Shown: positions 36,956 through 47,625, counted from the stretch's first letter. The stretch is DNA of 64,000 bases from Candidatus Aenigmatarchaeota archaeon (GCA_016213525.1 JACRAE010000006.1:16691-80690); one strand, 5' to 3'. The notes: generated by a model not told the origin, from the letters alone. Translations and numbers: made by a program.

Positions 36956-37438
36956 CTACTGTCCGAGCGAGCCGTCGGCCGTGAGGTTCTGCATGGCCAC
37001 GCATCCCAGGGGCGGGCTGGCCACGAACTCACATAGAGCCTTCACCGCAGACTCCTGGTCGATGCTGTCTATGGACCTGCCGCCGAAGTTGCTGTTGACC
37101 TCCAGCGACGCGGGGCCCGCAGACTCGACCTCCTCTAGTATCACCTGGCCTCCGAAGTCCTGTGACGTCACGATCTGCTCCAGAAAGGCCCTCTGGTCGG
37201 CGCACTCCAGGCACGTTTTTTCATACCTGTACGTGACCACGGTCAGACCTATGGACATGGCCTGTTCGAACTGGACGGGAGAGAGCCTGTAGTCGACTAT
37301 TGGGTTCGTCGGAAGCGCCTCGTTTTGGGGCGCGCCGGCGATGTTTTGGGTCTGCGTGTCGAAGCCCGATATGAAAGCGAACGCCAGGGAGGAGAAGAAC
37401 ATAGTACCTATAAGGAAGAGGCCAATCCACTTTTTCAT
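36956..37438 (-). CDS. Membrane-anchored thioredoxin-like protein
   Basis: N-terminal signal/TM helix; CLEC motif. Confidence 0.6.
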   Translation of the reverse strand: MKKWIGLFLIGTMFFSSLAFAFISGFDTQTQNIAGAPQNEALPTNPIVDYRLSPVQFEQAMSIGLTVVTYRYEKTCLECADQRAFLEQIVTSQDFGGQVILEEVESAGPASLEVNSNFGGRSIDSIDQESAVKALCEFVASPPLGCVAMQNLTADGSLGQ

Positions 37439-37482
37439 ACTCAGATTAATATCGTCCGCTTGCTAATAAATTTAGAGATATC

Positions 37483-38292
37483 ATGGTTTTGGAATCTTTG
37501 GTGTCGGTCAAGGACGCGATAAGGAGCCCGTGGCACATGATAGTTTTCGGGGCCGTCATATCGTTGATCTCGGTCGGGATAGCGTACTTCATATTCCCTG
37601 AGAACGCCGGGCTCATGACGGTATTCCTGATAACCCTGATAGCCGCGCCGTTCATGTGGAACCTCCTGAAGTACGAGGAGTGGTGCGAGGAGAAGGACTT
37701 CGTCTGCAAGATGAACTTCTCAGACAAGGTAAATCCAATCAAGGCGTTCATTAGGTCGATGATGATATTCGTGATATATGCGGCGTTCTTCGGAGGCATG
37801 ACGGCCGCCCTCACCGCGGCCTACATATTCCTGCCGGCGTCGACCGCCCAGCAGACCTTCAATGACCAGATGGCCCAAATCGGCAAGGTGAGCGACCTGG
37901 TGGGCGGTTTCTCATTGGACAGCACCTTCTATCACATACTCAGCAACAACCTGGTCGTCATGGGCATGTCGTTCATTCTGGCCCTCCTGATAGGCGTCGG
38001 CGCAATCTTCATCCTGGCGTGGAACGCGTCCGTGCTGGCGGTGGCTATATCAATCGTCACGAAGGCGGACGGACTGTCGGCTGCGCTTCTGAGGTTCATG
38101 CCCCATGGGGTGTTCGAGATAGCCGCCTTCTTCCTGGCCGCCATAGCCGGCGGCGTGATATCCGTCGCTGTCACCAAGAGACAGACGCCCCAGTTCGGAC
38201 CGGTGATAAGGGACATGATGGTTATATTGGCGCTGGCTTCGGTTCTGGTCTTCGTCGGGGCCGTAATCGAGACCGAGGGAATATCTCTATAG
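37483..38292 (+). CDS. Stage II sporulation protein M (DUF95) family membrane protein
   Basis: ILSNN, WNASVL, PHGVFEIAAF, AVIET. Confidence 0.85.
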   Translation: MVLESLVSVKDAIRSPWHMIVFGAVISLISVGIAYFIFPENAGLMTVFLITLIAAPFMWNLLKYEEWCEEKDFVCKMNFSDKVNPIKAFIRSMMIFVIYAAFFGGMTAALTAAYIFLPASTAQQTFNDQMAQIGKVSDLVGGFSLDSTFYHILSNNLVVMGMSFILALLIGVGAIFILAWNASVLAVAISIVTKADGLSAALLRFMPHGVFEIAAFFLAAIAGGVISVAVTKRQTPQFGPVIRDMMVILALASVLVFVGAVIETEGISL

Positions 38293-41124
38293 GACGAATA
38301 TCGCCGGCTTCCTGACGTCCGCGTTCCTCGCCTTCTCCAGCTTCGAAGTTTCCGCGTCCTGTATCTCCACCTCGGCCCCTATCTGCTTCCCAATGAAGGC
38401 CTTCGCCTCCTCCAAGAGATCGAGCTGCGACTGCCTGGACACAAGGTTCCCGCTTAGCTCGCCCCTCTTCTGGAGCGCCTGTATGTACTTCACCGCGGCT
38501 TCGTTCTTCTCCTTGACCATCGATAAAATTGTCTTGAAGTCGGCAGACTTGTTCTTCGACACCAGGCCGTAGACGTCGAACTTCCATTGCGGGGCGACTA
38601 TGATGACCGCCTTCTTCGGCTTGATGCCGGATATCTTTTCTATCTGCCTCACGTCGTCCGCCACCTGCCTGATCATGTCCTCTCCGGACTCGCTCTCCGA
38701 GTCGGCCTTGCCCTCGTTCGCCTCGGGCCACATCGAGGAAGCAGCGAGCTTCTTGTTACCCATTCCCTCCCATATCTCCTCCGCCGTGTGGGGGGCGAAC
38801 GGGCACATCATGACGACTATCGTGGATATCCCTTCTTCCAGCACATCTCTGTTGCAGTTCTCGATTCCGCCGCACCTGTCGATGTACCACTTTAGGTCGT
38901 TCGTCGACTCGAAGAACCCGGACTGAATTGCGGACCTGAACCTGGTGAGCTCGCACGCCTCGGTCGTCGACTTGATTCTTGACTGGAGCATGCTGATGAA
39001 AGATTTATCGGGGTTCTGCATGTCTTTCCTCTTTGACTTTTCAATGTCTCTCGACAACGAGTGAAGCATCCTCATCCTAGACGCGAACGCGTCTATGCTG
39101 TCATCCCTCCAGTCCGCGTCGTCCATGTTCTCGTTCGAGCCGACGATGTTCATCCTGGTGACGTCCGACCCGTATGTCTCGATCATGTCAGAAAGCATCT
39201 TCACGTTCCCGAACCTCTTCGACATCTTCTGGCTGTTCAGGGTCACGAAGCCGTTCACCGAGACCCCCCTCGGCCACATTCTGGGGTCGTCCCACATGGC
39301 GACGTGGTGGAACACGTGGTAGGTGAGGTGGTTCGGTATCAGCTCCTTCGCCGAGAAACGGACGTCTGTGGGATAATAATAGTCGAACTCCCCTTTCATC
39401 TCCTCGATTGCCTTCTCATCCAGACCCGACTTCTTGCTCGCAGATTTGGCGTCGCCCTTCCCCAAGAAGACGTAGTCGAGGACCTCGTCCGTCAGGCCGT
39501 CGGCGTCAACCTTCCTTTCCTTCAGGGTCTTCGATATCGTGTAGTACGCCATGTAAATCACCGAGTCGCTCAGCGTCTCTATTATCCAGTCCCTGTCCCA
39601 GGGCATCTTCGTGCCGAGGCCGGACTTCCTGGCGCACGCCTTGTCCTTCAGCCAGTCGACGGTGTTCAAAAACTGCGTCCTCGACGTCTCGGGGTACAGG
39701 TTCATCCTGCTTATCGCCTCCTTCGCCCTCCTCTTCCACTCCTCGTCGGAGAATTTCAGGAACCACTGGTTCTCCAGTATCTTGACGTGGCACCTGGTCT
39801 TGCACCTGCACACGACCTCCGACGTCGTTTCCCAGAACACCTCGCCCCATCCCTTCCTCACGAAGTCCGCCGATATTTTATCCTTGGCCTCGGAGATTCT
39901 CACGCCCGGGTAGCCGGTGTTCTCCCTCAGGACGCCCTGGTGGAACTCCTTCTTGTAGACCTCGTCGGTAGCCTCGTCCAGTTTCTCCGCGTCCTTCTGG
40001 CTGGATATCATCATCCTGCTGCAGACCTCGACCGCCGGGTTCTCCGTCATGCCCTCGACCTTGATTATCGATATCGGCACCACGGCGTCCAGCGCCTCTT
40101 GGAATATCCCGTACTTCTGGGACAGTCCCATGTCCTGCTTCAGGTCGTGAAGTCCCATCCAGTCGTACGGCGCGTGCGACGGCACGGACATGACGACGCC
40201 GGTGGCCGTGTCTGGGTCCACGAAGCCCGCAGGGAACACCGGGACCTTCAGCCCGGTGACTGGGTTCTTCGCGACCCTCCCCACAATCATCGAGCCTTTG
40301 ATCTCTTCCTTCACGTCGACCTTGTGCAGCTGGTCCCTCGCCTTTTCAGCGGCGACCTTGCCGAGTATCCACGCCTTCCCGTCCACTTCGGCTTTGACGT
40401 AGTCGCCGTCTGGGTTTATCCAAACGTTCGTCGCGCCGTACGCCGTCTCGGGCCTCATGGTAGCGCACGGTAAAATGGTTCCATCGTCGAGCTCAAACTT
40501 CAGCATCACATATTCCACTGGGCTCTCGCCTTCGCCGACGAGCCTGTCGTGGTCGCCGGTCGGGGACTGGTCGTGCGGGCACCAGACCACGGGGTGGGTA
40601 CCCTGCACGACGTAGCCCTTATTCTTCAGCGTGTTGTACTGCCACTCTATGAAGCGGTTGTAAGTCGGGGTGAGGGCCGTGACGAAGCTCCGCCTCCAGT
40701 CGACTGAGAAGCCGGCCGACTTCAGCGTCCTGACCCACCTGTCCATCCAGTACGCCACGACGAACTCCGGACCCTGTTCCGCAAAATTTTTGATGTCCTC
40801 GTCCGTCGCACCGAGAGCTCGCAGGGCCTCTATCTGGTCCTGGTCCCTGTTCCTCACCCTCTCGACCACGCCGAGAATCGGCTCTCCGGTGGCGTGGAAG
40901 CCCTGCGGGAACAAAACATTGAAGCCCTGCATCCTCTTGAAGCGGGCGTAGACGTCGGCGCGGATGAAGGTGTATGCGTGGCCCAGGTGCGGCGCCCCGT
41001 TCATGTACGGGTATGCTACGTTCACGAAGAACTTCTGCCTCTTGGCGTCGGGGTCGGACTCGAATATCCCTGCCTCCTCCCACCTCTTCTGCCACTTCTG
41101 CTCTATTTTGCTGGTCTCAGACAT
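38287..41124 (-). CDS. leuS: Leucyl-tRNA synthetase (archaeal type)
   Basis: PYMNGAPHLGH, ATMRPET, VMSVPSHAPYD (CP1), KMSKR. Confidence 0.98.
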   Translation of the reverse strand: MSETSKIEQKWQKRWEEAGIFESDPDAKRQKFFVNVAYPYMNGAPHLGHAYTFIRADVYARFKRMQGFNVLFPQGFHATGEPILGVVERVRNRDQDQIEALRALGATDEDIKNFAEQGPEFVVAYWMDRWVRTLKSAGFSVDWRRSFVTALTPTYNRFIEWQYNTLKNKGYVVQGTHPVVWCPHDQSPTGDHDRLVGEGESPVEYVMLKFELDDGTILPCATMRPETAYGATNVWINPDGDYVKAEVDGKAWILGKVAAEKARDQLHKVDVKEEIKGSMIVGRVAKNPVTGLKVPVFPAGFVDPDTATGVVMSVPSHAPYDWMGLHDLKQDMGLSQKYGIFQEALDAVVPISIIKVEGMTENPAVEVCSRMMISSQKDAEKLDEATDEVYKKEFHQGVLRENTGYPGVRISEAKDKISADFVRKGWGEVFWETTSEVVCRCKTRCHVKILENQWFLKFSDEEWKRRAKEAISRMNLYPETSRTQFLNTVDWLKDKACARKSGLGTKMPWDRDWIIETLSDSVIYMAYYTISKTLKERKVDADGLTDEVLDYVFLGKGDAKSASKKSGLDEKAIEEMKGEFDYYYPTDVRFSAKELIPNHLTYHVFHHVAMWDDPRMWPRGVSVNGFVTLNSQKMSKRFGNVKMLSDMIETYGSDVTRMNIVGSNENMDDADWRDDSIDAFASRMRMLHSLSRDIEKSKRKDMQNPDKSFISMLQSRIKSTTEACELTRFRSAIQSGFFESTNDLKWYIDRCGGIENCNRDVLEEGISTIVVMMCPFAPHTAEEIWEGMGNKKLAASSMWPEANEGKADSESESGEDMIRQVADDVRQIEKISGIKPKKAVIIVAPQWKFDVYGLVSKNKSADFKTILSMVKEKNEAAVKYIQALQKRGELSGNLVSRQSQLDLLEEAKAFIGKQIGAEVEIQDAETSKLEKARNADVRKPAIFVL

Positions 41125-41187
41125 CTTTACCGATAGTCATAAATTAGGTGCGGATACTAATTTAATCGTAGCTAAGCCGGATACGCC

Positions 41188-41281
41188 GGGCCCGTAGCTC
41201 AGCTTGGATAGAGCGGCAGACTTCTAGACCCGAGAGGGTGGAGAGATCTGAAGGTCGAGGGTTCAAATCCCTCCGGGCTCA
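41188..41281 (+). tRNA. tRNA-Arg(TCT) with a 19-nt intron at 37/38 (41227-41245)
   Basis: GGGCCCG/CGGGCTC acceptor, loop CT-TCT-A|A, GAGGG-TTCAAAT-CCCTC T-arm. BHB: CTTC/GGAG helix plus ACCC-GAGA-GGGT hairpin. Confidence 0.95.
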
Positions 41282-41282
41282 C

Positions 41283-42773
41283 TTAACCTTTTTCGTCGGT
41301 GTCGATCTGCGCCTTCTGCAGCTTTCCCGAATAGTCGACGAACACGCTCTTCTCCTCGCTGAAGAACTGCACACCGGTCCATCCGACTTCCTTCCATCCG
41401 TTGCCGGAAGACTTGGAACCGCCGAACGGCAGGTGCACCTCCGCGCCGATCGTCGGGGAGTTGATGTAGGTTATCCCGAACTGCAGGTCCCTTATCGCCC
41501 TCATCGTGTCCTGCACCCTGTTCGTGTAGATTGAGGAGCTGAGGCCGTAATCCACTCCGTTTGAGATATCCACCGCGTCCTCGAAGTCCTTCGCCTCTAT
41601 GACCGAAAGAACGGGGCCGAATATTTCCTCCTGGCATATCCTCATGTCCGATTCGGCGTCCGTGAAAATCGTCGGTCTGTAGAACCATCCGTCCCTCTTG
41701 GGGGCAGAGCCTCCGCTGACGAGCCTCGCGCCCTCCTTCTTCCCTATCTCCACATAAGATTTTACCTTCTCCCTAGCCGCCTCGTTCACGAGAGGTCCCA
41801 TCTCGGTTTTCTTTTCCAGGCCGTCGCCCACAGCTATCTTCTTCGACCGCTCGACGAGCATCCTCTCGAACTTCTGTCTCACCTTTTTGTGCACCACGAC
41901 CCTGCTCGAGGCGGTGCACCTCTGACCCGTAGTCCCGAACGCGCCCCATATGACGCCGTCCAGCGCGAGCTTTAGGTCCGCGTCGTCCATGACTATCGTC
42001 ACGTTCTTGCTGCCCATCTCCATTCCGACTCTCTTCCCGACGCCCGCGCTCTTCATTATCTCGGCGCCGGTGTCCCTGTGACCCGTGAACGAGACGGCCC
42101 TCACCTTCTTGTGACTGGCCAGCCTGCTCCCGACGGTGCCGCCCGGCCCCGTCACCATGTTCACCACCCCCTTCGGCGCGCCCGCCATCTCCAGGAGCTC
42201 CATGAACCTGGTAGCGCATATCGGGGTGTCGCTGGACGGCTTCATCACCACAGTGTTCCCGCACACCAGAGCCGCGGTTATCTTCCAGGCCGGAATCGCG
42301 ATCGGGAAGTTCCACGGAGTTATCGCGGCCACGACCCCGAGGGGCTCCCTCACCGTCATTGCGAACTTGTTCCTGAGCTCGCTCGTAGTCGTCCTTCCGA
42401 ATAATCTCCTACCTTCGCCCGCCATGTATTCCGCGGCGTCTATCGCCTCCTGCACGTCACCCCTCGTCTCCTTCAGGACCTTCCCCATCTCGGCCGTCAT
42501 GGTCCTCGCGAGCTTCTCCTTCTCCTGCTCCAGAAGATAGGAGAACTTCAGGAGTATCTTTCCCCTCGCGGGCGGCGGCGTCAGCCTCCAATTCTCGAAC
42601 GCGTCCTGGGCGGCGTCCACTGCCCTGTCCACGTCCTCCTTGTTCCCTTTCTGGAACTTCCCGAGAACCTCCCTAGGATTCGCCGGGTTGACGCGCGAGA
42701 ACGTCTCCCCAGTCGAGCCGCTCACCCACTTTCCGTTTATCAGCATCTTGTAGGTAGTCAGACCCATACTCAC
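41283..42773 (-). CDS. NAD(P)-dependent aldehyde dehydrogenase
   Basis: ITPWNFP, FTG, MEMGSKN, GQRCTA, EEIFGP, PFGG. Confidence 0.95.
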   Translation of the reverse strand: MSMGLTTYKMLINGKWVSGSTGETFSRVNPANPREVLGKFQKGNKEDVDRAVDAAQDAFENWRLTPPPARGKILLKFSYLLEQEKEKLARTMTAEMGKVLKETRGDVQEAIDAAEYMAGEGRRLFGRTTTSELRNKFAMTVREPLGVVAAITPWNFPIAIPAWKITAALVCGNTVVMKPSSDTPICATRFMELLEMAGAPKGVVNMVTGPGGTVGSRLASHKKVRAVSFTGHRDTGAEIMKSAGVGKRVGMEMGSKNVTIVMDDADLKLALDGVIWGAFGTTGQRCTASSRVVVHKKVRQKFERMLVERSKKIAVGDGLEKKTEMGPLVNEAAREKVKSYVEIGKKEGARLVSGGSAPKRDGWFYRPTIFTDAESDMRICQEEIFGPVLSVIEAKDFEDAVDISNGVDYGLSSSIYTNRVQDTMRAIRDLQFGITYINSPTIGAEVHLPFGGSKSSGNGWKEVGWTGVQFFSEEKSVFVDYSGKLQKAQIDTDEKG

Positions 42774-42812
42774 TACTTTCTCCTAGATTCTATTAAAACC
42801 GACGCAATTTTT

Positions 42813-43661
42813 TCACTTCGACGAGGCGACGGTCTCCGCAATTATCCTCGCCGCCAGGTGGGACGTCATGTGTTGGACGTCGTACTTGGGGCATATCTCC
42901 ACCAAGTCGAACCCAATTAGGCCCTTCTCAGCCAGTCCTTTCATCAGGTATACCATCTGCAGGGAGGATATGCCGCCGGGTACCGGTGTGCTCACGGCCG
43001 GGGCGAATGCGGGGTCCACCACGTCCATGTCCAGAGAGACATACACGTTCCTACCGACCTTCTTCTTTATAATTTTTAACGCGTGCTCAACACCCATCTC
43101 CTCAATCTCTATCGGGGTTATAGTCTTCAGCTTCCCCCTATCTATGTTCCTCAGCTCCTCGGTTTCGGGCTGCCTCATCCCGACCTCTATGCTCGAGGAG
43201 AAGTCCACGTTCCTGAACTCCCTTATGTCGCACACGACCGAGCCGTAGTATCCTCTGGTCGAGCACACGAAGTCGGGGTGCGAGTCGAAGTACACCACGC
43301 TGATCTTCTTGTCGACCTTGTTCATGCCCCTCAGGACCTCGGACGTTATAGAATGGTCACCTCCAATGGAGACGAGCATCTTTCCGTCCGCGAAGGACCT
43401 GTATGCGATGTGTTCGACGTCCTTTTTTCTCACGTTCCCGCGGTCAAATATCTTACTTTTGATTTCTCCCGTCTGCGCGGCTGCGACGTTCCAGGCGCCG
43501 CCCCTGAAAAATACCTCCCTCTCGTGCGACACGTGCCTTATCGTGTCCGGCGCCTTAGAGGAGCCCCTTCGCTTGGAGTGCGAGCCGGAGTCGTCCGGCA
43601 CGCCTATCACAACGACGTCAGAGCAGTCGTAGCTCTTGGCGTTGGACCAGGCGAGCTTCAT
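42813..43661 (-). CDS. Ureohydrolase (agmatinase/arginase family)
   Basis: GGDHS, DSHPD, SLDMDVVDP, DLVE motifs all intact. Confidence 0.9.
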   Translation of the reverse strand: MKLAWSNAKSYDCSDVVVIGVPDDSGSHSKRRGSSKAPDTIRHVSHEREVFFRGGAWNVAAAQTGEIKSKIFDRGNVRKKDVEHIAYRSFADGKMLVSIGGDHSITSEVLRGMNKVDKKISVVYFDSHPDFVCSTRGYYGSVVCDIREFRNVDFSSSIEVGMRQPETEELRNIDRGKLKTITPIEIEEMGVEHALKIIKKKVGRNVYVSLDMDVVDPAFAPAVSTPVPGGISSLQMVYLMKGLAEKGLIGFDLVEICPKYDVQHMTSHLAARIIAETVASSK

Positions 43662-43720
43662 GAAATGATTTCGGACCGCGGTCAGATATATCTTCCCGGC
43701 TCCCCAACTGTTAACTGTAG

Positions 43721-45037
43721 ATGGCAATAAAGTTCGTGTGCAGCAAGCCGGGAAAGAAGTCCGTCAAGATAATCAGACGCGACGACAGGGTGATGTCGCC
43801 ATCGTTCACAAGGGAGTACTCGTTTGTTTTCAAGAGGGCGAGGGGGTGCTACATCTGGGACGTCGACGGTCGCAGGCACCTCGACTTCGCGGCTGGGATA
43901 GCCGTGATGGGGATAGGGCACAGCAATCCCGCGGTCGGTAGGGCCGTGAAGGACCAGCTGAAAATGGGGACGCACGTTGGATTCTCGGACTTCTATGCAG
44001 AGCTCCCCGTCGAGTTTGTGGAATATGCTATGAAGTTTTTGCCCAAACATCTCGACACGGCGTTCTTGTCGAATTCCGGTACTGAGTCAGTCGAGGCCGC
44101 GTACAAGATGGCGAGGTGGCACACGAAGAAGAAGTGGGCCGTTGCCTTCAAGCCGTCCTTCCACGGCAGGACGATGGGGTCTCTGTCCATGACCAACTCC
44201 AGGCCCGTTCAGAGGGACAGGTTCGGGCCGTTCCTGCCCGTCAAGCACTCGCCATACCCGTACTGCTACAGGTGCCCGTTCGAAAAGGGCGACCACGAGC
44301 ACCACAAATGCACCAACAATTATCTGAGCGAGCTCAGGAAGACGATGCTGGAGTGCAGGGGCGACCTGGCGGCAATCTTCTTCGAGCCGATATCCGGCGA
44401 AGGCGGCTACATAGTGCCGCCGAAGGACTTCGTCAGGGGGATGCGCGAGCTGTGCGACGAGCACGGCGTGCTGCTGTGCGACGACGAGGTGCAGTCTGGC
44501 TGCTACAGGACCGGAAAGTTCCTGGCGATTGAGAACTTCGGCGTGAAGCCCGACGTGGTTTCGCTGAGCAAGGCCATAGGGGGCGGCGTGCCACTCGGCC
44601 TCACAGTCGCGAACAGGAAGACGATGGATTGGGTTCCGGGCTCGCACGCCAACACTTTCGGCGGAAACTTGCTCGCGTGCGCCGCGGGGATGGCCACGCT
44701 GAAATTCATGAAGGAGAAGAGGCTCGGCGAGAACGCGCAGAAGATTGGCGGGTACATAATGAAGAGGCTGGAGAGGACGAAGAGAGACTATGATATAGTC
44801 GGGGATGTGAGGGGTATGGGGCTGATGATAGGCCTTGAGATCGTGTCTGACAAGGCATCGAAGAGGCACGGCGAGTCCGAGAGGTCGAATATTTTGTGCA
44901 AGGCGAGCGAGAAGGGGCTATTGTTGCTGCCGGCAGGCAGGAGCGCGATAAGGATATGCCCGCCACTCGTCATCAACAAGTCGCAGGCGAAGACCGGGAT
45001 AGACATCCTGGAGGACGCCATATCGGAGTCCTGTTAG
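43721..45037 (+). CDS. Class III PLP aminotransferase (ornithine/4-aminobutyrate-type)
   Basis: NSGTESVE, FHGRT, EPISGEGG, DEVQSG, SK (PLP lysine), TFGGN. Confidence 0.93.
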   Translation: MAIKFVCSKPGKKSVKIIRRDDRVMSPSFTREYSFVFKRARGCYIWDVDGRRHLDFAAGIAVMGIGHSNPAVGRAVKDQLKMGTHVGFSDFYAELPVEFVEYAMKFLPKHLDTAFLSNSGTESVEAAYKMARWHTKKKWAVAFKPSFHGRTMGSLSMTNSRPVQRDRFGPFLPVKHSPYPYCYRCPFEKGDHEHHKCTNNYLSELRKTMLECRGDLAAIFFEPISGEGGYIVPPKDFVRGMRELCDEHGVLLCDDEVQSGCYRTGKFLAIENFGVKPDVVSLSKAIGGGVPLGLTVANRKTMDWVPGSHANTFGGNLLACAAGMATLKFMKEKRLGENAQKIGGYIMKRLERTKRDYDIVGDVRGMGLMIGLEIVSDKASKRHGESERSNILCKASEKGLLLLPAGRSAIRICPPLVINKSQAKTGIDILEDAISESC

Positions 45038-45048
45038 GCGGTGATTGG

Positions 45049-45891
45049 ATGGGGCTCGCGTCGTTCTTCGTCAGGAGGTGGATAGCCGGCGAGTCCGTCG
45101 ATGACGCGATAGGAGCCGCCGTCAGATATAATTCCAGGGGAATGTCAGCGATAATAAATTATCTCGGGGAACACGACTGTGATGAGAGAGTGATAAGGAA
45201 AAACGTCTCGGTCTACCTGAGGCTCCTCGACAGGATACACAGGAAAAAGATAAGGGCGTCGATATCTGTCAAGCCTAGCCAGATGCACATAGAGAGGAAG
45301 CTGGAGCACTGCATCGTGCATTTCAGAAAGATACTCGATAGGGCCAAGAAGTACGGGACATTCGTCTGGATAGATATGGAAGGATCGGAGCATACCAGCC
45401 GCACCATCGAGTCGTACCTATCCCTCCACAGGTCCTACAAGAACGTCGGCATGGTGGTTCAGGCCAACATGGTGAGGAGCCAGTCCGATTTGAAGTATCT
45501 GTTGGAGAAGGGTGCCGTCGTGAGGCTCGTCAAAGGCGCGTACAGGGACGGGAAGAAAACCGTGTATGGGAAGTCGGACGTCAGGAAAATATACAAGACC
45601 ATGATGAGGATGATGTTTGAAAAGTCCAGGAGGTTCGCCATAGCGACGCACGACAGGACGCTGGTAGGCGAGGCGCTCAGGTTGAGCAGGGGCTACAGGG
45701 GTCACCTGGAGTTCCAGTTCCTCATGGGAATAAAGGACGACATCAAGTACGGCCTCGCCGACGAAGGTTATAACGTGTCGGACTATGTACCGTTCGGGAC
45801 CAACTGGCGCGGCTACGTGACCAGGAGGATAAGGGAGAACCCACTTGCGCTGCTACAGATTTTCGGCCCCTTCATTCCCAGAAAAAAATGA
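45049..45891 (+). CDS. Monofunctional proline dehydrogenase
   Basis: RWIAGE, LGE, IDME, RLVKGAY, ATHD, EFQFLMG, YVPFG...RRIRE. Confidence 0.92.
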   Translation: MGLASFFVRRWIAGESVDDAIGAAVRYNSRGMSAIINYLGEHDCDERVIRKNVSVYLRLLDRIHRKKIRASISVKPSQMHIERKLEHCIVHFRKILDRAKKYGTFVWIDMEGSEHTSRTIESYLSLHRSYKNVGMVVQANMVRSQSDLKYLLEKGAVVRLVKGAYRDGKKTVYGKSDVRKIYKTMMRMMFEKSRRFAIATHDRTLVGEALRLSRGYRGHLEFQFLMGIKDDIKYGLADEGYNVSDYVPFGTNWRGYVTRRIRENPLALLQIFGPFIPRKK

Positions 45892-46830
45892 CTAGACGGA
45901 CTTTCGCAGTTCTTTCGCGAACGACAGGACCCCATCGTATGTCTTCTTCTTCATCATCTCGTCCCTCGCCTTGGCTGCGCCCCCGAAGCCGCGCACGAAC
46001 TTGCTGCACACGCGCTTTATCCTCCCCATGTCGGCACCGTTGGTTTTTTCCAGACTCAGGTATTCTAGGAATATCTTCATGTTCTTCCTCGCGTCGAACT
46101 CCTTCTCCTTCCCGGTCTTCAGGTAGTGCAGGATTCTCTCGAACACCGCCGGATCCCCTATAGAGGCGCGCGCAATCATGGCGCCGTCGGCCAGGTCGAG
46201 CATCTTCTCCGCCCCTGGTCCGTCCCACACGTCGCCATTGCCTATGACCGGTATGCCAACGGTATGTTTGACCTTCGCTATCCATTTCCAGTCGGCCGGC
46301 ACGTCGCTGCCGTGGTCGGCGAGCCTGGCGTGCACCGTTATCGCGTCCGCCCCCGCCTTCTCCACCGCCTTCGCCACCTTCAGTACGTTGTTCTCCTTGA
46401 AGCCTAGCCTGATCTTCGCGGTAGTGGTGAGGCCGGCGTCCTTCAGCGTGCGGACCATGTCCGCTATTTTCTCGGGATGCTTGAGGAGGAAGCTGCCCGA
46501 GCCGTTGTCCGTTATCCTGATGGACGGGCAACCGCAGTTGATGTCGACGACGTCGAAATTCTCGACGTAGGGCACGACCTTCTCGAATTCTTCTACAGTC
46601 CTGCCCGTTATCTGGATGCCGGACGGCTTGTCCCTCTTGTCCGTCCTCATCAGGCCCTCCGTGTGCCTGTTTTCGTGCAAAATCGCGGATATGTTGAGCA
46701 TCTCTATGTACGCCATGGCTGCGCCGGCCTTCCTGCACACTAGCCTGAACGGTAGGTCCGAGACGTCCACCAACGGGGATAGCAGGAGCCTGTTCTTCAG
46801 TTTCACGTCGCCTATCTTCAGCTTCCTCAC
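45892..46830 (-). CDS. dus: tRNA-dihydrouridine synthase (DusB/NifR3-like)
   Basis: DINCGCP, KIRLG, TVHAR, IGNGDV, MIAR. Confidence 0.9.
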   Translation of the reverse strand: MRKLKIGDVKLKNRLLLSPLVDVSDLPFRLVCRKAGAAMAYIEMLNISAILHENRHTEGLMRTDKRDKPSGIQITGRTVEEFEKVVPYVENFDVVDINCGCPSIRITDNGSGSFLLKHPEKIADMVRTLKDAGLTTTAKIRLGFKENNVLKVAKAVEKAGADAITVHARLADHGSDVPADWKWIAKVKHTVGIPVIGNGDVWDGPGAEKMLDLADGAMIARASIGDPAVFERILHYLKTGKEKEFDARKNMKIFLEYLSLEKTNGADMGRIKRVCSKFVRGFGGAAKARDEMMKKKTYDGVLSFAKELRKSV

Positions 46831-46867
46831 AAAATAGAATCGGGGTCGCGGCTTAAATTTCCGGCTA

Positions 46868-47578
46868 TCAGCTGCTCTTCAACGTGAAGCTCTTGCCCTG
46901 TATCTCCTTGGCAGATCCCTTAAGGACATAGTTCTTGCCATCGAACGATATGCTGCCGTGGAAGTCCGTCAGCTCCACCGTCGAGTTGGCGAGCTTGGTC
47001 GAGCTGCTCTCGCCCCCTTCGCTATCTATGCTGCCCGTGACCCCCGAGAGCCTGACCCTGGATATCGTCACCGGGTCTATGCTGTAGGCGGACGGCTCAA
47101 GCTCGGCCGATATTGAGAACTTCTTGGACTTGGGCCTAAGCTTCGTGCCCTGCACCTCCGCCGAGGCGGCCGTGCCCTCAACCGACAGGTTGACGCTGTC
47201 AATCTCCAGCTTCCCGTTGAACTCGTTGAAGACTATCCTCATGCTCTCCCCGCTGACGTCTATCAGGGAGTCGCCTATGACGGTGTCCTTGACGTGCTTG
47301 CCCTGCAGGACTATGTCCGAGTCCAGGAGCACCGTGGAGTCGTCGAGAAGGCCCACGCTTGACGTCATCGTGAAGTTGACCGGGCCGGACTCGCCGTCGC
47401 CCACCCTATCGCCGAATATGTTCTTCCCGTCGAATCCTTCGAAGACGCCCAAAGAGAGCCCGGCTGGGTCGTAGAACGCGAAAGCCGCTATGCCCACAAT
47501 GACTATGATTCCCAGGGCCACCTTGGTCGAGCTCGACAGGTTCGACTTTCCTCCGCCTCCGGACGGTGGGTGCGCCAT
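46868..47578 (-). CDS. Hypothetical membrane-anchored beta-rich protein
   Basis: N-terminal TM helix; Gly/Ser/Val-rich body. Confidence 0.7.
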   Translation of the reverse strand: MAHPPSGGGGKSNLSSSTKVALGIIVIVGIAAFAFYDPAGLSLGVFEGFDGKNIFGDRVGDGESGPVNFTMTSSVGLLDDSTVLLDSDIVLQGKHVKDTVIGDSLIDVSGESMRIVFNEFNGKLEIDSVNLSVEGTAASAEVQGTKLRPKSKKFSISAELEPSAYSIDPVTISRVRLSGVTGSIDSEGGESSSTKLANSTVELTDFHGSISFDGKNYVLKGSAKEIQGKSFTLKSS

Positions 47579-47625
47579 AGAACCTTTATAGGAGTCTGTA
47601 GATATATTAATTCCGCTAAGGTCAA

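Noticed and set aside
41188-45891. Catabolic cluster as an island integrated at tRNA-Arg
   Set aside because: No copy of the tRNA 3' end at the far side, no integrase, and broadly host-like composition.
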